DNA of 49,235 nt from Thraustochytrium aureum (lineage: Eukaryota). The position numbers and the translations under genes were made by a program. The DNA is taken from assembly GCA_012862495.1 (NCBI GenBank), contig BLSG01000016.1, positions 1 to 49,235 of the forward strand, read 5' to 3'. Shown in pieces: positions 24,901 through 36,696 of the stretch; position 1 is the first letter of the stretch, and every line of letters starts with the position of its first letter. A model generated the notes under the pieces. It did no database searches. It was given only the letters and a program-made list of their open reading frames with translations, and was not told the DNA's origin.

Positions 24901-27900
24901 GGATTCGCCGCCAAGAAATCGAATTGCGAAGTGCGCATGCAGCTGCTTGTGCAATTCAGGCGCGCTGTCGAGGGGCACTTGCACGCACCAAGGCTGGGAA
25001 ATTGCGCGCTTGCGTCCGACTTGAGCGTGTCGCGCGAATGTGGCTCGCTCGCATCGAGCGCGGTCGAATCCGCCGTCAGGTCTGTAAGGTCGTTGTTGCG
25101 CGGTACGTCTCGCAAATGATTCAGGCCACGCACGCGGCCACTTCCCGGCACGTGCATGCGATGCGATGGAGCAGCGCGACCAAAATTCAGTCCTGGTACC
25201 GCGGCTGTCTCAACCGATTCAAGGTGGCTGCACTTCGCAAGTGGATCGCAAGGCGGAACCGCAACGCTCGGCGCATCCAGCGCGTGTTTAGAGGGGTACG
25301 CTGCCGTCGGCGACTCGCAGACCAGGCCCGACTAGACAAGCGCATTCGAACGAACCGATATCGCTCGTTGACCCAGCCGCTCGAGGTCGCGGAGGCCGCT
25401 CTGCTGCACGCGCGCGGGTTTTACGACCCCTGCGATGAGCTCGCTGGGATGCACCCTGCAGTCTGGCTCCATCGACTGGGCCTCGGCGCGTACTGGGACG
25501 GCCTCAAGAATGGCCCTGCCAAGGTTCGCGACCTGTCCAAGCTGCTGACACTGCAGGAGAAGGGGATCCGTGACAGCGGTGTAGACGACGACGGGGCGCT
25601 CGCGACAATTTTGGGGATGCAACGCGCGACGAGGTGCCCCGCAGGGCGGCGAACCGCGGCACATGGTCTTGACGAGGCCGCCGTCGGTACTTTGGCGAAT
25701 TTTGCGCACCTGCGATCTAACGCGCCCATTCGCCGCATGTACTCGCGGTGCTTTCCGAATCAGGATACGCGGGCCGCCAACTTTGCGCAAAAGCTCCCGC
25801 CCAACAGCGTGACACGCGCGCAGCTCGAGCAGCACTTTCGCGAGTTTGCTGGGCGGCCAAAAGAGGCCAAGGACGAGGCGGAGGCGCGCCTTCTCACTGT
25901 CCCCGATGCAGCGGATGTCCGTGCGTGGCAGTCGCGCCGGTACAAGAGCTGTTTTGCCGTGTACGAGATGGCACTCGAAACCATTAGCACGCGGACGATT
26001 ACCAAAGACCTTGCGCTCGTCGTGGCCGGTGCGCTGCGACGCGGGCAGCGCCCTGGGCAGCGTGGCACGCGCCGCGGATGCAACGAGCTCCACGTCGCGC
26101 TCTTGCTTACAATTAAGCTCGTGCGTGCCGCTGAGGCGGTGCAGCGCGCCGTTCGAGGCAAGCTGGCGCGCGCGGTGGTTCACGCTGCGCTCGCTCGAAA
26201 GCGGTACCACGAGGAGCTGCTTCAGGGAGGAATATTGCGCGCCAATTGGCTCAAAGAAAAGGAGCGCGAAGCCAGGGAATGGTCCGAGTACCAGGTAGCT
26301 CTGCAGCGCTACGAAGTCGAGCAGCGGCTTGCGTTTGTGCTGCGCTTCGAGTACGACGAGGCTTGGGACGAGCACGCACAAGCAACCTACTACGTGCTCC
26401 GTGTCGACCCTGGGCAGTGCTCGTGGGAGCGGCCGGTGTACACGTACGAGGAAGACCTGGCTGCCCGCACCGNNNNNNNNNNNNNNNNNNNNNNNNNNNN
26501 NNNNNNNNNNNNNNNNNNNNNNNNNNNNNNNNNNNNNNNNNNNNNNNNNNNNNNNNNNNNNNNNNNNNNNNNNNNNNNNNNNNNNNNNNNNNNNNNNNNN
26601 NNNNNNNNNNNNNNNNNNNNNNNNNNNNNNNNNNNNNNNNNNNNNNNNNNNNNNNNNNNNNNNNNNNNNNNNNNNNNNNNNNNNNNNNNNNNNNNNNNNN
26701 NNNNNNNNNNNNNNNNNNNNNNNNNNNNNNNNNNNNNNNNNNNNNNNNNNNNNNNNNNNNNNNNNNNNNNNNNNNNNNNNNNNNNNNNNNGAGCTCCGCG
26801 AGCAGATGCGGTGGGAGGCCAGTGCCGCAGATCGCCTCAACTTGGTGACCTTCAGGTTTGAGCTGATCGAGTTGGACGAGACCCTGCGAGAGAAGGGCTT
26901 GGCGGCAAGTGCCAAGACGCTTGAAGCGCCTGCGACGGGCACGAGCAAGACCAAAAGCGGCCGAGCGAAAGGCCGCAGCGCTCGCGCTCGGGGCGAAAGC
27001 GACGCCGCGGAGGTGGTCGAGCCAGACGGCCAAATAGACGACCTAAACAACAAGCACCACCTCGGCTTGGAGCTGAGCTGGCGGCCGAGGCGCTTCGCCA
27101 AGAAGCGCGTGCAGGACCTTGAGAGCAAGCAGGCAAGCCGACATCAAGGTCGCCGTCGGGCCACGGTCAAGACAAAGCGCGAAGAGGCGAAGGGTCCAGC
27201 TGGAGTCTGGCACCGTGCTGTGGACTCTGCGGCCGAGCGGATCAGGATCGCGGAGGCCGATTTCGCGGCGAGCGAGGCGGCCCTCGCTGAGGTCGAGCTT
27301 GCCTTGACGCGCGCCGCAGTACGGTGTCGACGCGGGCGAGTGCCCGGAGATGCGTGGTTTCCGCACGTTCGCGGTGGCAAGGACCTCTCGCACATCTTTG
27401 GTGGCGCTGGGCGTGAGCTTGACGCAAATCCAGTGCGCTGGAAGCTCGAGTTTGAGCAAGCTGATCGGTCTCGAGCAGAGTTGGCAGCAGAAACAGAGTT
27501 GGCAGCAGAAACAGAGCAAGGGTTGCTGAACGAGCAAGGGGGAGGTGTCAACGCGCCTGAGGCGCGCACGGATAACGTGCTGAGCGTGCAAGCCGTGTAC
27601 GTTCACTTGGCTTCGAACACCGTGCGGCGGGACGTGCATGCGGTTGAGCAAGCCCTGATGGAAGAGGAAGACCGGCGCGACGAGGTAGAGACCCGCGAAA
27701 GGCATCAGATGGGACGAGAGGACGATGATTCTCACGCGCAAGAGCGATTTGCGTATGCAAGCAGGAACCTCGCCTTCCTCGCAGACGTGCTCGCCAGCGT
27801 GCCTGGGGCAAACGCGTATGACGTCAAGGTGGCTCGGCGCAAGCAAGGCAAGGCCGTGACAAAGCTGAGCGCGGTCTGGCGCGGCGTCATGGTGCGAAGC

Positions 27901-29889
27901 CGGCGGTGGCGCGCAAGGCAGGAACGACAAAGGGAAGAGCTGCGAGGCATCGTAGATGCCTGCCGCGCTCGATTGGCCGAGGCTGCGTCTCAGCGCTCTC
28001 GGCTCTTCTTGGCTGCCAAGGTCACCAGCGAGTACACGTTCTGCGACATGCCGTTTGGGTGGGCGGAGCACAAGGACGGCTATGGGCGAAGGTTTTTCGT
28101 CCATGTCGGCACGGGCGAGTCTGTCTGGGAGCGGCCGGCGTATTCGTGGGCGCACGAAATCGCGGCGCGCAACATCGCGCGCGTGTATCGGGGATATAGC
28201 GGTCGCAAGGCCTTCGTGGACGCCCTGCGTCGCGAGGGTATCCAGGATCTCGCATCTCGCGCCGTGGCCAAGGCGGAGACGCTTGCATGGTTTGGGTACC
28301 CGAGCGACAAGGGCGAGGACGAAGGGACAACGGTTCGCATGTGGTTTGCTCGCCGGGGACTCTACCATGTGGTGAGCGAGACGCTAGCGAGCAAGGTGAA
28401 TCAGGCCAAGCAGCTGAGCCGTGCATTGGACGCCGTTTTCGAGCCGGAGATGGTGCCGTGGACTGCCGAGCGGCTGGGCCGCTCGCTCGGCGTCACAGAT
28501 CCGCAACTTGTCAAGGAGGTGCTCGAGTACCAGGCCGAGTACTTTGAGCAGCCGGGTTTGCGCATTGCTGAGCGCGAGCCGGGCGAGCTCGCTCCCTTGC
28601 GCAGCTCGGACGCGGCCCAGGCGGTGTTTCAGGCCCTCTACCCGAAGCAAGGCGCTCGGGCAGCCAAGTTTGCTCAGCAAGCGGGGCTTTTGTCGGATAC
28701 GCACGTCACCGTGCGCCAACTCAAGCGGCACTTGACCAAGTACGAGGGCAAGCCTTCACTGGCCACTGTGCAGCTGCAAGAGGAGGTTTTCAACCTCCCG
28801 ACCGGGAGCGACCCGGGGAGCGAGGAAGCGGCGTTTTTCGCGCTCCTCGGCGCTGCCAAGCGCGTAATGGTTTTGGCATCCAACATGAAGATTACAAAAT
28901 TGCACAGCGAGCTCGGCGAGCGCTGCGAGCGAGCAATGCAGGTGCTTTGTCGCAGTGGAGAGGACGGGAATCCGTTCCCCGGGACGTCGGGCCGCTTGCG
29001 CCAGGCCCGTGGCATTGCCGGCGGTGCTGGCCGCGCGCTGCGGCAGCGGCAACGATCGCTCGCGAGGCTCTCGCCCATGCGGTTAGGTGGGAGCAGATGG
29101 CCGTTCGTGTCCAGCGTGCGTTTCGCAATCACTACGCTCTGGAGCAGTGGCGGCGGGCTGCAGCATGGTACCGGGCGCACGTCACGGTTATCCAGTGCGC
29201 CTGGCGCTCGTATGCGGCGCGGCGTCTTGCCGAGCACCGCTGGGCCCAGTTCCACTCTGCATGGGAAGAGCTCTACGACCCGGGGCAGCAGACGCAGTAC
29301 TACTTTGACAACAGGACGGGGCGCTCGCAGTGGGACGCGCCCCTGGAGCCTTTTCGGCCCCTTGGCTGGTGGCCGCCGCATCCGGATGACATTCCCGTGC
29401 CGGAGGGGATGTGCTTTGTGTGCCGTTCGGAAGAGGCGATCCGTCGGTGCAACGCGTGCGTCAACAAGAACGGGGTCCGTCGAGAGTTTTGCTTTGAGTG
29501 CTTTTCGCAGGTGCATGACTTTGGTGGGAGCGAGTACGCCAAGCACACGTTCGAGGTCGTCGACGCGGCCCCTGGCGGCGCTGCGGACGGGGCGCCCTGC
29601 GGGCTGGTGTGCGGGCAGTGCAAAGGCCCTGGCTCGCGCAAGTGCTTGGATTGCGGGGACCTGTACTGTCTGTCTTGCTTTCGTCGGCTGCACAGCCGCG
29701 GGCGCCGAAAGCAGCACGAGTGGGTCTCGTTCCAGAACGATGCGATCGCTTGCGTCGAGTGCGAGGTGGACGTTGCCTCGGTCAAGTGCACCGACTGCGA
29801 CGAGGCCTTTTGCAAGCCCTGCTTTGATTCGCTGCACCAGAAGGGGCGCCGCCGGGAGCATGTGTCGGAGGAGTTGCCGTCGCAGGTGG
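21958..29889 (+). CDS. Giant (~2600 aa) protein with a Ser-Pro-rich region, many IQ motifs, 3 WW domains, 2 SAM-like modules and C-terminal B-box-type zinc fingers; spans 3 gaps and a frameshift near 28982; both ends uncertain
   Basis: IQ: LIQANYRGVLGR, KIQSWYRGCLNR, RIQRVFRGVRCR. WW: PFGWAEHKDGYGRRFFVHVGTGESVWERP, WEELYDPGQQTQYYFDNRTGRSQWDAP, YDEAWDEHAQATYY...SWERP. B-box: CVECEVDVASVKCTDCDEAFCKPCFDSLHQKGRRREH and two similar units. Confidence 0.8.
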
Positions 29890-30109
29890 NNNNNNNNNNN
29901 NNNNNNNNNNNNNNNNNNNNNNNNNNNNNNNNNNNNNNNNNNNNNNNNNNNNNNNNNNNNNNNNNNNNNNNNNNNNNNNNNNNNNNNNNNNNNNNNNNNN
30001 NNNNNNNNNNNNNNNNNNNNNNNNNNNNNNNNNNNNNNNNNNNNNNNNNNNNNNNNNNNNNNNNNNNNNNNNNNNNNNNNNNNNNNNNNNNNNNNNNNNN
30101 NNNNNNNNN

Positions 30110-30163
30110 CAAACGGGCAAGGGTCTCTGAGGCCTGCAAACGGGCAAGGGTCTCTGAGGCCTG
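30110..30163. repeat. 27-bp perfect tandem duplication at a gap edge
   Basis: CAAACGGGCAAGGGTCTCTGAGGCCTG occurs twice. Confidence 0.9.
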
Positions 30164-30307
30164 CCTCGGACCGTGCGTGCGTCCCGGGTCGCCACAAAGT
30201 AGACTTTGCAGAAGAGAAATCTGTGGAGCTGTAGAGCTAGCAAGCTAGTAAAGCGTGTACTGTATAAACAAAGAGTGGACTCCACTCCCGCAAACAGGCC
30301 GACAGAG

Positions 30308-31386
30308 TCAGGCATAGCCTGGGTGGAGAGGCATGTCCTGAACTACGCACGTGCCGGCGACGCGGTACTCGTCGACCTGGCCGATGCCTGCGAGCCAAAA
30401 ACTTGGCTCGATGGGGCGCTGAAAGATGTGCACAGGAAAGTGGAGTTCAATGTCGGGCGCGCACTGGAGCTCGGCGACAATGTCCAGCACATACGAGCAG
30501 TCGACGCCCCGGCCACTCGTAGAGGGAAGGCTGTCGGGTATCCGAAACGACATCTCGATGGTTTTCTGCTCGTCGGGGTTGATAGTGTCGAATCGGCCGA
30601 GGTTTTGTTCTTGGTGGTGGGAGATGGCGTGTCCGTCGGCCTTGAGTCGCAGCCAGCGGTTGAGCTCGACCATGGCGGTCACCTGCAGGGTCGACTTGTT
30701 TTGGACCTGGAGAATCGCCGTGGCCGTGTCGCCAGGCGAGTAGACGTTCTTGTCGAGGGAGGCCTGCATCTTCACCGAGCCGCGGTTGATGCAGCAGCAG
30801 AGCATGACGGAGGCTTCTTTCTCGTCGCTCGGGGTCTCGATGGCTTTCGGCGGCTGCGCGTACACGACAAAGTCGACCTTGGCCTCGAGGTCCTTGCTGT
30901 CATCCAGGTCGACGACCGCCTTGACCGAGTACTCGACTTTGACCTTGAGGCCGCGTGTGGAGCCGCGCACGCCAGAAAATTGCAGGCCGCGGTGTTCCTC
31001 TTTGGCGAGGAACGAGCCGGCGAGTGCGCCGCCCTTTTTGCCTTGCTGCGGAAGCTGGAACTCGAACGGGAAGGCGTACTTGCCGGCGCCAATCTCGGCG
31101 TCGGGGACGAGCACAATCTTCTTCTTGAAGAACGACTCCTTGGCGTCAAACTCCTTCTTGTGGTCCTCGTGGCCTACGCGGACCGCACGCCATCCCTCTC
31201 TTCGAAGACGGGCTCTGTCCAGTGCTCTTCCCACTCAACCTTCTCCTTGCCTGTGGCCTTGACGTAGATCTTGTCCACGTCGACGGCCTCGTTTAGCTCC
31301 AAGTACACGGTGCCGCTCACCGTCTCCCCGGCCACGTAGAACGGCCTCGCCAGAGCGACCTTGACTTTGCCGACCTTGCCCGTCAT
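30308..31386 (-). CDS. Arrestin-fold protein (Arrestin_N + Arrestin_C); 1-nt frameshift near 31183
   Basis: FYVAGETVSGTVYLEL...VKATGKEKVEW, GKYAFPFEFQLP...LAGSF, KVEYSVKA, LCCCINRGSVKMQASLDKNVYSPGD and PSTSGRGVDCSYVLDI. Confidence 0.88.
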
Positions 31387-32293
31387 TCTCCAAACGGGGT
31401 CTGCTGCTGCGGCGGTCGTAAAGCGTTTATGCGTCCGAGAGGCAGGCCAAACTGACCAACCTTGTGGAGGCAGAGTGATGGTCGAAGGCGTCGAAGGCCT
31501 CTACTACGCAGCAGCAGGATACTCGAAGGCCTCTCGACAGTAAGAGTAGAGTGGTGGACGGACGCCACATTGCCAACGCTTTTGTTGAAACGAGCCGAGG
31601 CGGGCTCTCTCCGGTTGCAGCGCGACTCGACTCTCGAGAGCGTCGAACGAGGCGTTCGTTGCTCGTCGAAGACTCCCCAAGGACGCAGGTGAGTGGGAGT
31701 ACCCACCTACCTTCTCGCACTACTTGCATTCGCTTGCTGTGGGCGTCGCAGAAGTGCACCAACTCTCAGTAGATTGGGTCGCGCCTCAACAGCAGCGGCA
31801 GGAAGTACAAGGACTCGGCCTGAGGTGCGTCTGCGTCAGCCAACCAACCTCCTTTCTTTCATTTCAAGAAAAACTGTTCAACAACCAATCAACAACAATC
31901 AAACTCTTGCGAGCGCAGAGTCGCATGCGCGTTCTTCAGGAAANNNNNNNNNNNNNNNNNNNNNNNNNNNNNNNNNNNNNNNNNNNNNNNNNNNNNNNNN
32001 NNNNNNNNNNNNNNNNNNNNNNNNNNNNNNNNNNNNNNNNNNNNNNNNNNNNNNNNNNNNNNNNNNNNNNNNNNNNNNNNNNNNNNNNNNNNNNNNNNNN
32101 NNNNNNNNNNNNNNNNNNNNNNNNNNNNNNNCCTACCGGTACGGGCACAATTTCGCAACGCCTGGTTGCCACATAAACCAAGGTCCTAAACCCAAACCTC
32201 GATTTGATTGATTGATCAAGAAGCTTGGTGCAGCAAACCTCGATTTGGTCCAAGCTCGGTGCCTCGGCCGCCCGCGGGATACGGGATCTGGAA

Positions 32294-32893
32294 ATGGGCG
32301 ATGATGGAGATGCCCCAGTCGCAGTAGCCATCAAGATTGGGCAGGCGCAGCAACAGCAGCTGCAACCGACTGAGCGCCAGCAGCGCGAGGTTGCGGTTGC
32401 GCGCAGGATCGACGAGATCGTGGCCGAGGAGGAGTCAAGGCTGCAATGCATCAACCGAACCGTGATGTTTGTTTCCATCGTGATGCTGTGCACGTGCTGG
32501 ACAAACCTGTACTTTATGCCAGCGGGCTTGGCGGCGTCCATCCTCGGGATTTCGGCCTCCGCACTCGGACTCTCCAGGTCTGGCGGGTGCTGCGGGGAGA
32601 AGGAGGACCCCGGCCTCCGCTTTGCAAGGATCCGTGACCTTTACACTGCAACGAGCGTGCTGAGCTTTTTAGGATTTCTCTCTGCCCTTGCGGCGTTCTA
32701 TTGGCTCGGCTTCACTATCCTGCCCAATGATCCGTTCTGGGCTTACATGTCGGCGGGTGTTTCGCTTGTTTCGCTCTTGCTCTGCGTGTTCTCGGCGAAC
32801 GCATCGTGCATGTCGAGCAAGCTCGCGAACGGCTGCTGCGGGGGTCAGCGCAGCGCGCACCTCCTGGACGAGGCCTTTCGGGCATACCACTAG
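32294..32893 (+). CDS. Small hypothetical membrane protein (~4 TM helices, Cys-Cys motifs)
   Basis: Four hydrophobic stretches (VMFVSIVMLCTCW, AGLAASILGISASALGL, VLSFLGFLSALAAFYWLGF, AGVSLVSLLLCVF) and GGCCG/GCCGG motifs. Confidence 0.6.
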   Translation: MGDDGDAPVAVAIKIGQAQQQQLQPTERQQREVAVARRIDEIVAEEESRLQCINRTVMFVSIVMLCTCWTNLYFMPAGLAASILGISASALGLSRSGGCCGEKEDPGLRFARIRDLYTATSVLSFLGFLSALAAFYWLGFTILPNDPFWAYMSAGVSLVSLLLCVFSANASCMSSKLANGCCGGQRSAHLLDEAFRAYH

Positions 32894-33985
32894 CGAGCAA
32901 CTCCGTGCTCAAACCGCGGGCGCTCGTTCAGATAAAGGTGCGAACCCTGACGCGGCGCTCAGGGTTTGAGGGCCTAGTTGCAGGAAAACCATGTCGCTGT
33001 CCAAGCCTTGTTCTGTGTGCCGCCTTCGGCCGTGTGCATCGACGCCGAGATCAGGCGGGGCGGGGCGCTCAGCAGCCGATGGCCGCCGGTGTGACGCTTG
33101 AGCGCCAATACAATCATCAAGGCGCCAGTCCCGCCCTCTGCCGCAGCGTGAGCGCCGACGACCTTCACACGCTACTGATCGCCCTGGAGAAGCAGCCAAA
33201 CCGACTCGGTGCAACTTGGCGTCACCAGCCGGACGCGCGTCGCCGTGGCCAGGGGCCATTATAGCTTTTAAAAGTCAGCTGCTCGTAGAGCTGTAGAGAT
33301 CCTATCAATGCACAGCAGAGGCTCGCGACGAGCGCCGGCAGCGCAACGACGCCAGCGACGTTGCCAACAAACGGGCAGTGCCCCCAATCACAGGCGTTCG
33401 TCATACGAACCGATGCGTTGCAGCGACTCGCGACCAGCGCCAGCACAGCCACGGCAACAAACAGCCAGCCTCGCCAGAATCACGACCGAATCCGAGCAGG
33501 CAATTACAGCCTAATTTACAGGTGAAACACGAGCACTCCAACAGCTACGCGTCCGAGCACCCGCCCCTGCTGGCGTGATATACATGGGCCGCGCGCGCGC
33601 AGGCACCGGCTTCTTTCGATGCGCGGTCACCGCCGGGCTGGCTCGCCTTGGCTGGCAAGCTGGCAAGCGCCGAGTTGGACGTGCTCCACTCTCCTCGAGC
33701 ATGGTTGCTCGGCAGTGGAAGTGTAGCTGGTTGCTCAGGGGACGCACCGGTNNNNNNNNNNNNNNNNNNNNNNNNNNNNNNNNNNNNNNNNNNNNNNNNN
33801 NNNNNNNNNNNNNNNNNNNNNNNNNNNNNNNNNNNNNNNNNNNNNNNNNNNNNNNNNNNNNNNNNNNNNNNNNNNNNNNNNNNNNNNNNNNNNNNNNNNN
33901 NNNNNNNNNNNNNNNNNNNNNNNNNNNGGACGCACCGGTCGGTACCTCCTGCGTTGCCCATTTGCTCAGCGGCTCGACAATGCTG

Positions 33986-34042
33986 CACAGTTGCTCGGCC
34001 AGAGTTGCTCGGCCACAGTTGCTCGGCCACAGTTGCTCGGCC
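33986..34042. repeat. 14-bp minisatellite (CASAGTTGCTCGGC) x4
   Basis: Four tandem units are directly visible upstream of PDE12, with related GTTGCTC words near 33704 and 33730. Confidence 0.85.
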
Positions 34043-34352
34043 CTGGCACTGGATACCTACGACCTGCGCACGCACGTCGCTACTCTCGAGACTGGACGCA
34101 CTGCGGGCCCCTCCTTGCCCCTCGAGAGCGTTGCTCGCCACGACTGTGGATGGACAGAGTTGGCGCTGGCCTGCGAGGCGGTGCGCACGACGGTCGCGCC
34201 CGGAGGAGGCTTCGCTCGCCGCGCAAGGACGCCGGCTCGCGACGGCTCCCGGGCGCGAAGGGCCGCAGGCGCTGGTTGGTTGGCAAGAAGTGCGACGGCG
34301 GCTGTGGCGGACCTGGCCGAGGACGCCGGCGGCTGCGACGCGGGGCGCGGCG

Positions 34353-36518
34353 ATGGACGGCGCTGCGGCAGCGGCGGGGTTTGTGCTGGTGAAGCGCGAC
34401 GCGGAGGATGCCAAGCGGATTCAAGTCAGGTTTGACGCCCTGCCGAGCGGCGAGGTTCGCACGATGCACCGCGTTTCCGACGAGGCGCTCGAGAAAACGC
34501 TCGCGCGGGTCGTCAAACTTTTTGGCAGCAAGGACAGCAGGGCCAAGGCCCCGCGTGGCCACCACAACAAGCGCGGCCGGCACGGTCGCACTGACGAAGG
34601 TGGGCGCGGGACGGACTCGGCGCAAGCCCAAAAGGACCTGGCCGAAGGCGCCGCTCGAGCCGAGCATGCGACCGAGCTTGTCGCGGTGCTGGACGAAGAG
34701 GGGCAGGCTCTCGCAGGAGACCTGAGCAACGAAACCGCGTTGCTCAAACTGGGCAAGCGCGTGGTGGTTGCCGGCGTCGGGTCGTACGCCATCCTGGTCA
34801 ACCCGCCCGCCATACTCAGCCTTAGCGTGAAGGGGCGACCCATCGTGGGCTGCCCCTTGGCACCTGTGGTGGAGCTCGAGTTTGCCGAGCATGTGCCCCA
34901 AACATGGACGTGGGTAGCCCAGCCACCGCCCGGGCCAGAGGGCGCGATCAAGGGGCCTGCCGCCGTCGTGGGCCATTCGCGCGTGTACACGCCAACGGAG
35001 GCTGATGTAGGCATGCTGCTCTCAGTCTCCTGCGAGTTGCGGGACGTCGAGGCCGCGAGCCAAGCCGCAGCTGAAGCAGAGGGCCCCACTATCGCCTGCC
35101 CCGACCGCGCCGCCCTGCTCGCTCGCCAGCGCGACTTTGGCACGCCAACGGCGACGTCGGACGGCGCGCTGAGAGTGGTCTCGTACAACACGCTCGCCGA
35201 CGCGTACTCACACACCTGGGACGGGATGTACGCCTATTGCGCGGTGGAGCACCGCGCGATCGAGTACCGGCTCCCGCTGCTGCTGCGCGAGGTAGCGGAC
35301 TACAACGCCGACCTGATCTGCCTGCAAGAGGTGGACAGCAAGGTTTACGGCACCTGGGCCGCGTTCCTCGAGGCGGCAGGGCTCGAGGGCCGGTTCACAC
35401 CGAAGGCTGGGACCGCCGTGAGGGAAGGGTGTGCAATGTTTTGGCGCAAGGATAAACTGACGTGCCGCTCGTTCGAGTCGGTCGAGTTCCGCGAGCTCGT
35501 GCGCGGCTGCGAGGCGGGGTGGCTCCTGGAGCTCACTCGTGCCGTAGAGGAGCTCGGCTTTGTGATGCAGCAGGTGACCACCGTGGCGCAGGTGGGCGTG
35601 TTCTCGTACACCAACAGCGCAGGCGGCGCGTTGGACGGGCGGCGCATTGTCCTCAGTAACACGCACAGCTTTTTCCACCCAGGGGCCGGGTCGGTCCGCG
35701 CGGTGCAGGCCAAATTGTTGACCGGGCTCGTGAACGCGGCGGCGAGGCGCGAGCAGGATACCGGAGGGGCGAGTCGCGTGGCCGTCCTGATGTGTGGCGA
35801 CATGAACGCGCAGTCGTTCGACCTGTCGATGCAGTTCCTCCTGAAAGGGCGCGTGGGCGCCGAGCACAGCGAGTGGGCGACCTCGTCGCTGTTCAGGTGG
35901 GATAGCAAGGCCAACCTGGCGCGGGACACGGTGTTCAAGGAAGACGGCGACACGAAGCGGTACCCAAACGTGCTGCTGCAGAAGACGCCCTCTGGGCGCC
36001 TGCGGTCCGTGGAAGAGCTGGAGGCCCAAGTTGAGGCCGTCGACCTCGCGCACAGCTGGACCGACAAGATCAACGTGGTCGCCGAGCTGCGCGACGTGCT
36101 CGCGCTTTCGCAAGACCTGGAGCGGGCCGACGATTGCAAGCGCTTGCAGGTGCTGCTCGAGCGCATGAGTGAGCACTTGGAAGTGTCGCGGCGGCGGCTC
36201 GTTGCAGAGCAGGCCGAGGCAGTGGCGCGATCGGGCCGCGCGAGTGAAGCTGACATTGCAATTGGTGTAGGTGCCAACCTGGTGCACAACCTTGGGTTGG
36301 TGAGCGCCTGCGGCGAGCCGGCCTTCACCAACTATTGCGGCAGCTGGGCCGGGGACATCGACTGGATCTTGGTGAGCAAGACCGAGTTGTCGTGTTTAGC
36401 GTTTGCGCCGCTGCCGACGGAGGCGGAGGTTTCGCGCGACGTTGCGCTTCCGAGCGTGCGGTTCCCGTCCGACCACTTGAGCCTCTGCTGCGAGCTGGCA
36501 TGGCGCGAGGCCTGCTGA
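34353..36518 (+). CDS. PDE12: 2',5'-phosphodiesterase 12-like CCR4/EEP-family deadenylase; the true start may be upstream
   Basis: PDE12-type N-region (VNPPAILSLSV...IVGCPLAPVVELEF, SRVYTPTEADVG) and EEP motifs VVSYNTLAD, ADLICLQEVD, EGCAMFWR, NTH, CGDMN, FTNY...IDWI and LPSVRFPSDH. Confidence 0.9.
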   Translation: MDGAAAAAGFVLVKRDAEDAKRIQVRFDALPSGEVRTMHRVSDEALEKTLARVVKLFGSKDSRAKAPRGHHNKRGRHGRTDEGGRGTDSAQAQKDLAEGAARAEHATELVAVLDEEGQALAGDLSNETALLKLGKRVVVAGVGSYAILVNPPAILSLSVKGRPIVGCPLAPVVELEFAEHVPQTWTWVAQPPPGPEGAIKGPAAVVGHSRVYTPTEADVGMLLSVSCELRDVEAASQAAAEAEGPTIACPDRAALLARQRDFGTPTATSDGALRVVSYNTLADAYSHTWDGMYAYCAVEHRAIEYRLPLLLREVADYNADLICLQEVDSKVYGTWAAFLEAAGLEGRFTPKAGTAVREGCAMFWRKDKLTCRSFESVEFRELVRGCEAGWLLELTRAVEELGFVMQQVTTVAQVGVFSYTNSAGGALDGRRIVLSNTHSFFHPGAGSVRAVQAKLLTGLVNAAARREQDTGGASRVAVLMCGDMNAQSFDLSMQFLLKGRVGAEHSEWATSSLFRWDSKANLARDTVFKEDGDTKRYPNVLLQKTPSGRLRSVEELEAQVEAVDLAHSWTDKINVVAELRDVLALSQDLERADDCKRLQVLLERMSEHLEVSRRRLVAEQAEAVARSGRASEADIAIGVGANLVHNLGLVSACGEPAFTNYCGSWAGDIDWILVSKTELSCLAFAPLPTEAEVSRDVALPSVRFPSDHLSLCCELAWREAC

Positions 36519-36696
36519 AGGGCGCGCGTCGTGCGGGCGTCGCGCTTGTTCCCGTGCACGAGAACAACAGTGGAGCGCGGGGGTGGGGGCTCGAACAACA
36601 CACAGATTTTTTTTGGAAACCTTCTATTTTCGCAACAACCAGAGCAGGCAAATGCAGACAGTCAAACAAAACCGCGACGGCCGGCGGACTCGCAGG

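Noticed and set aside
33222..33452. RCNASVRMTNACDWGHCPFVGN resembles a DHHC palmitoyltransferase motif
   Set aside because: The DHHC tetrapeptide and most conserved Cys/His residues are absent and the ORF is short. It could be a decayed fragment but cannot be supported.
33740..33939. GGACGCACCGGT on both sides of the N-gap as a target-site duplication
   Set aside because: More simply explained by contig-end overlap or a collapsed repeat at a scaffold gap.
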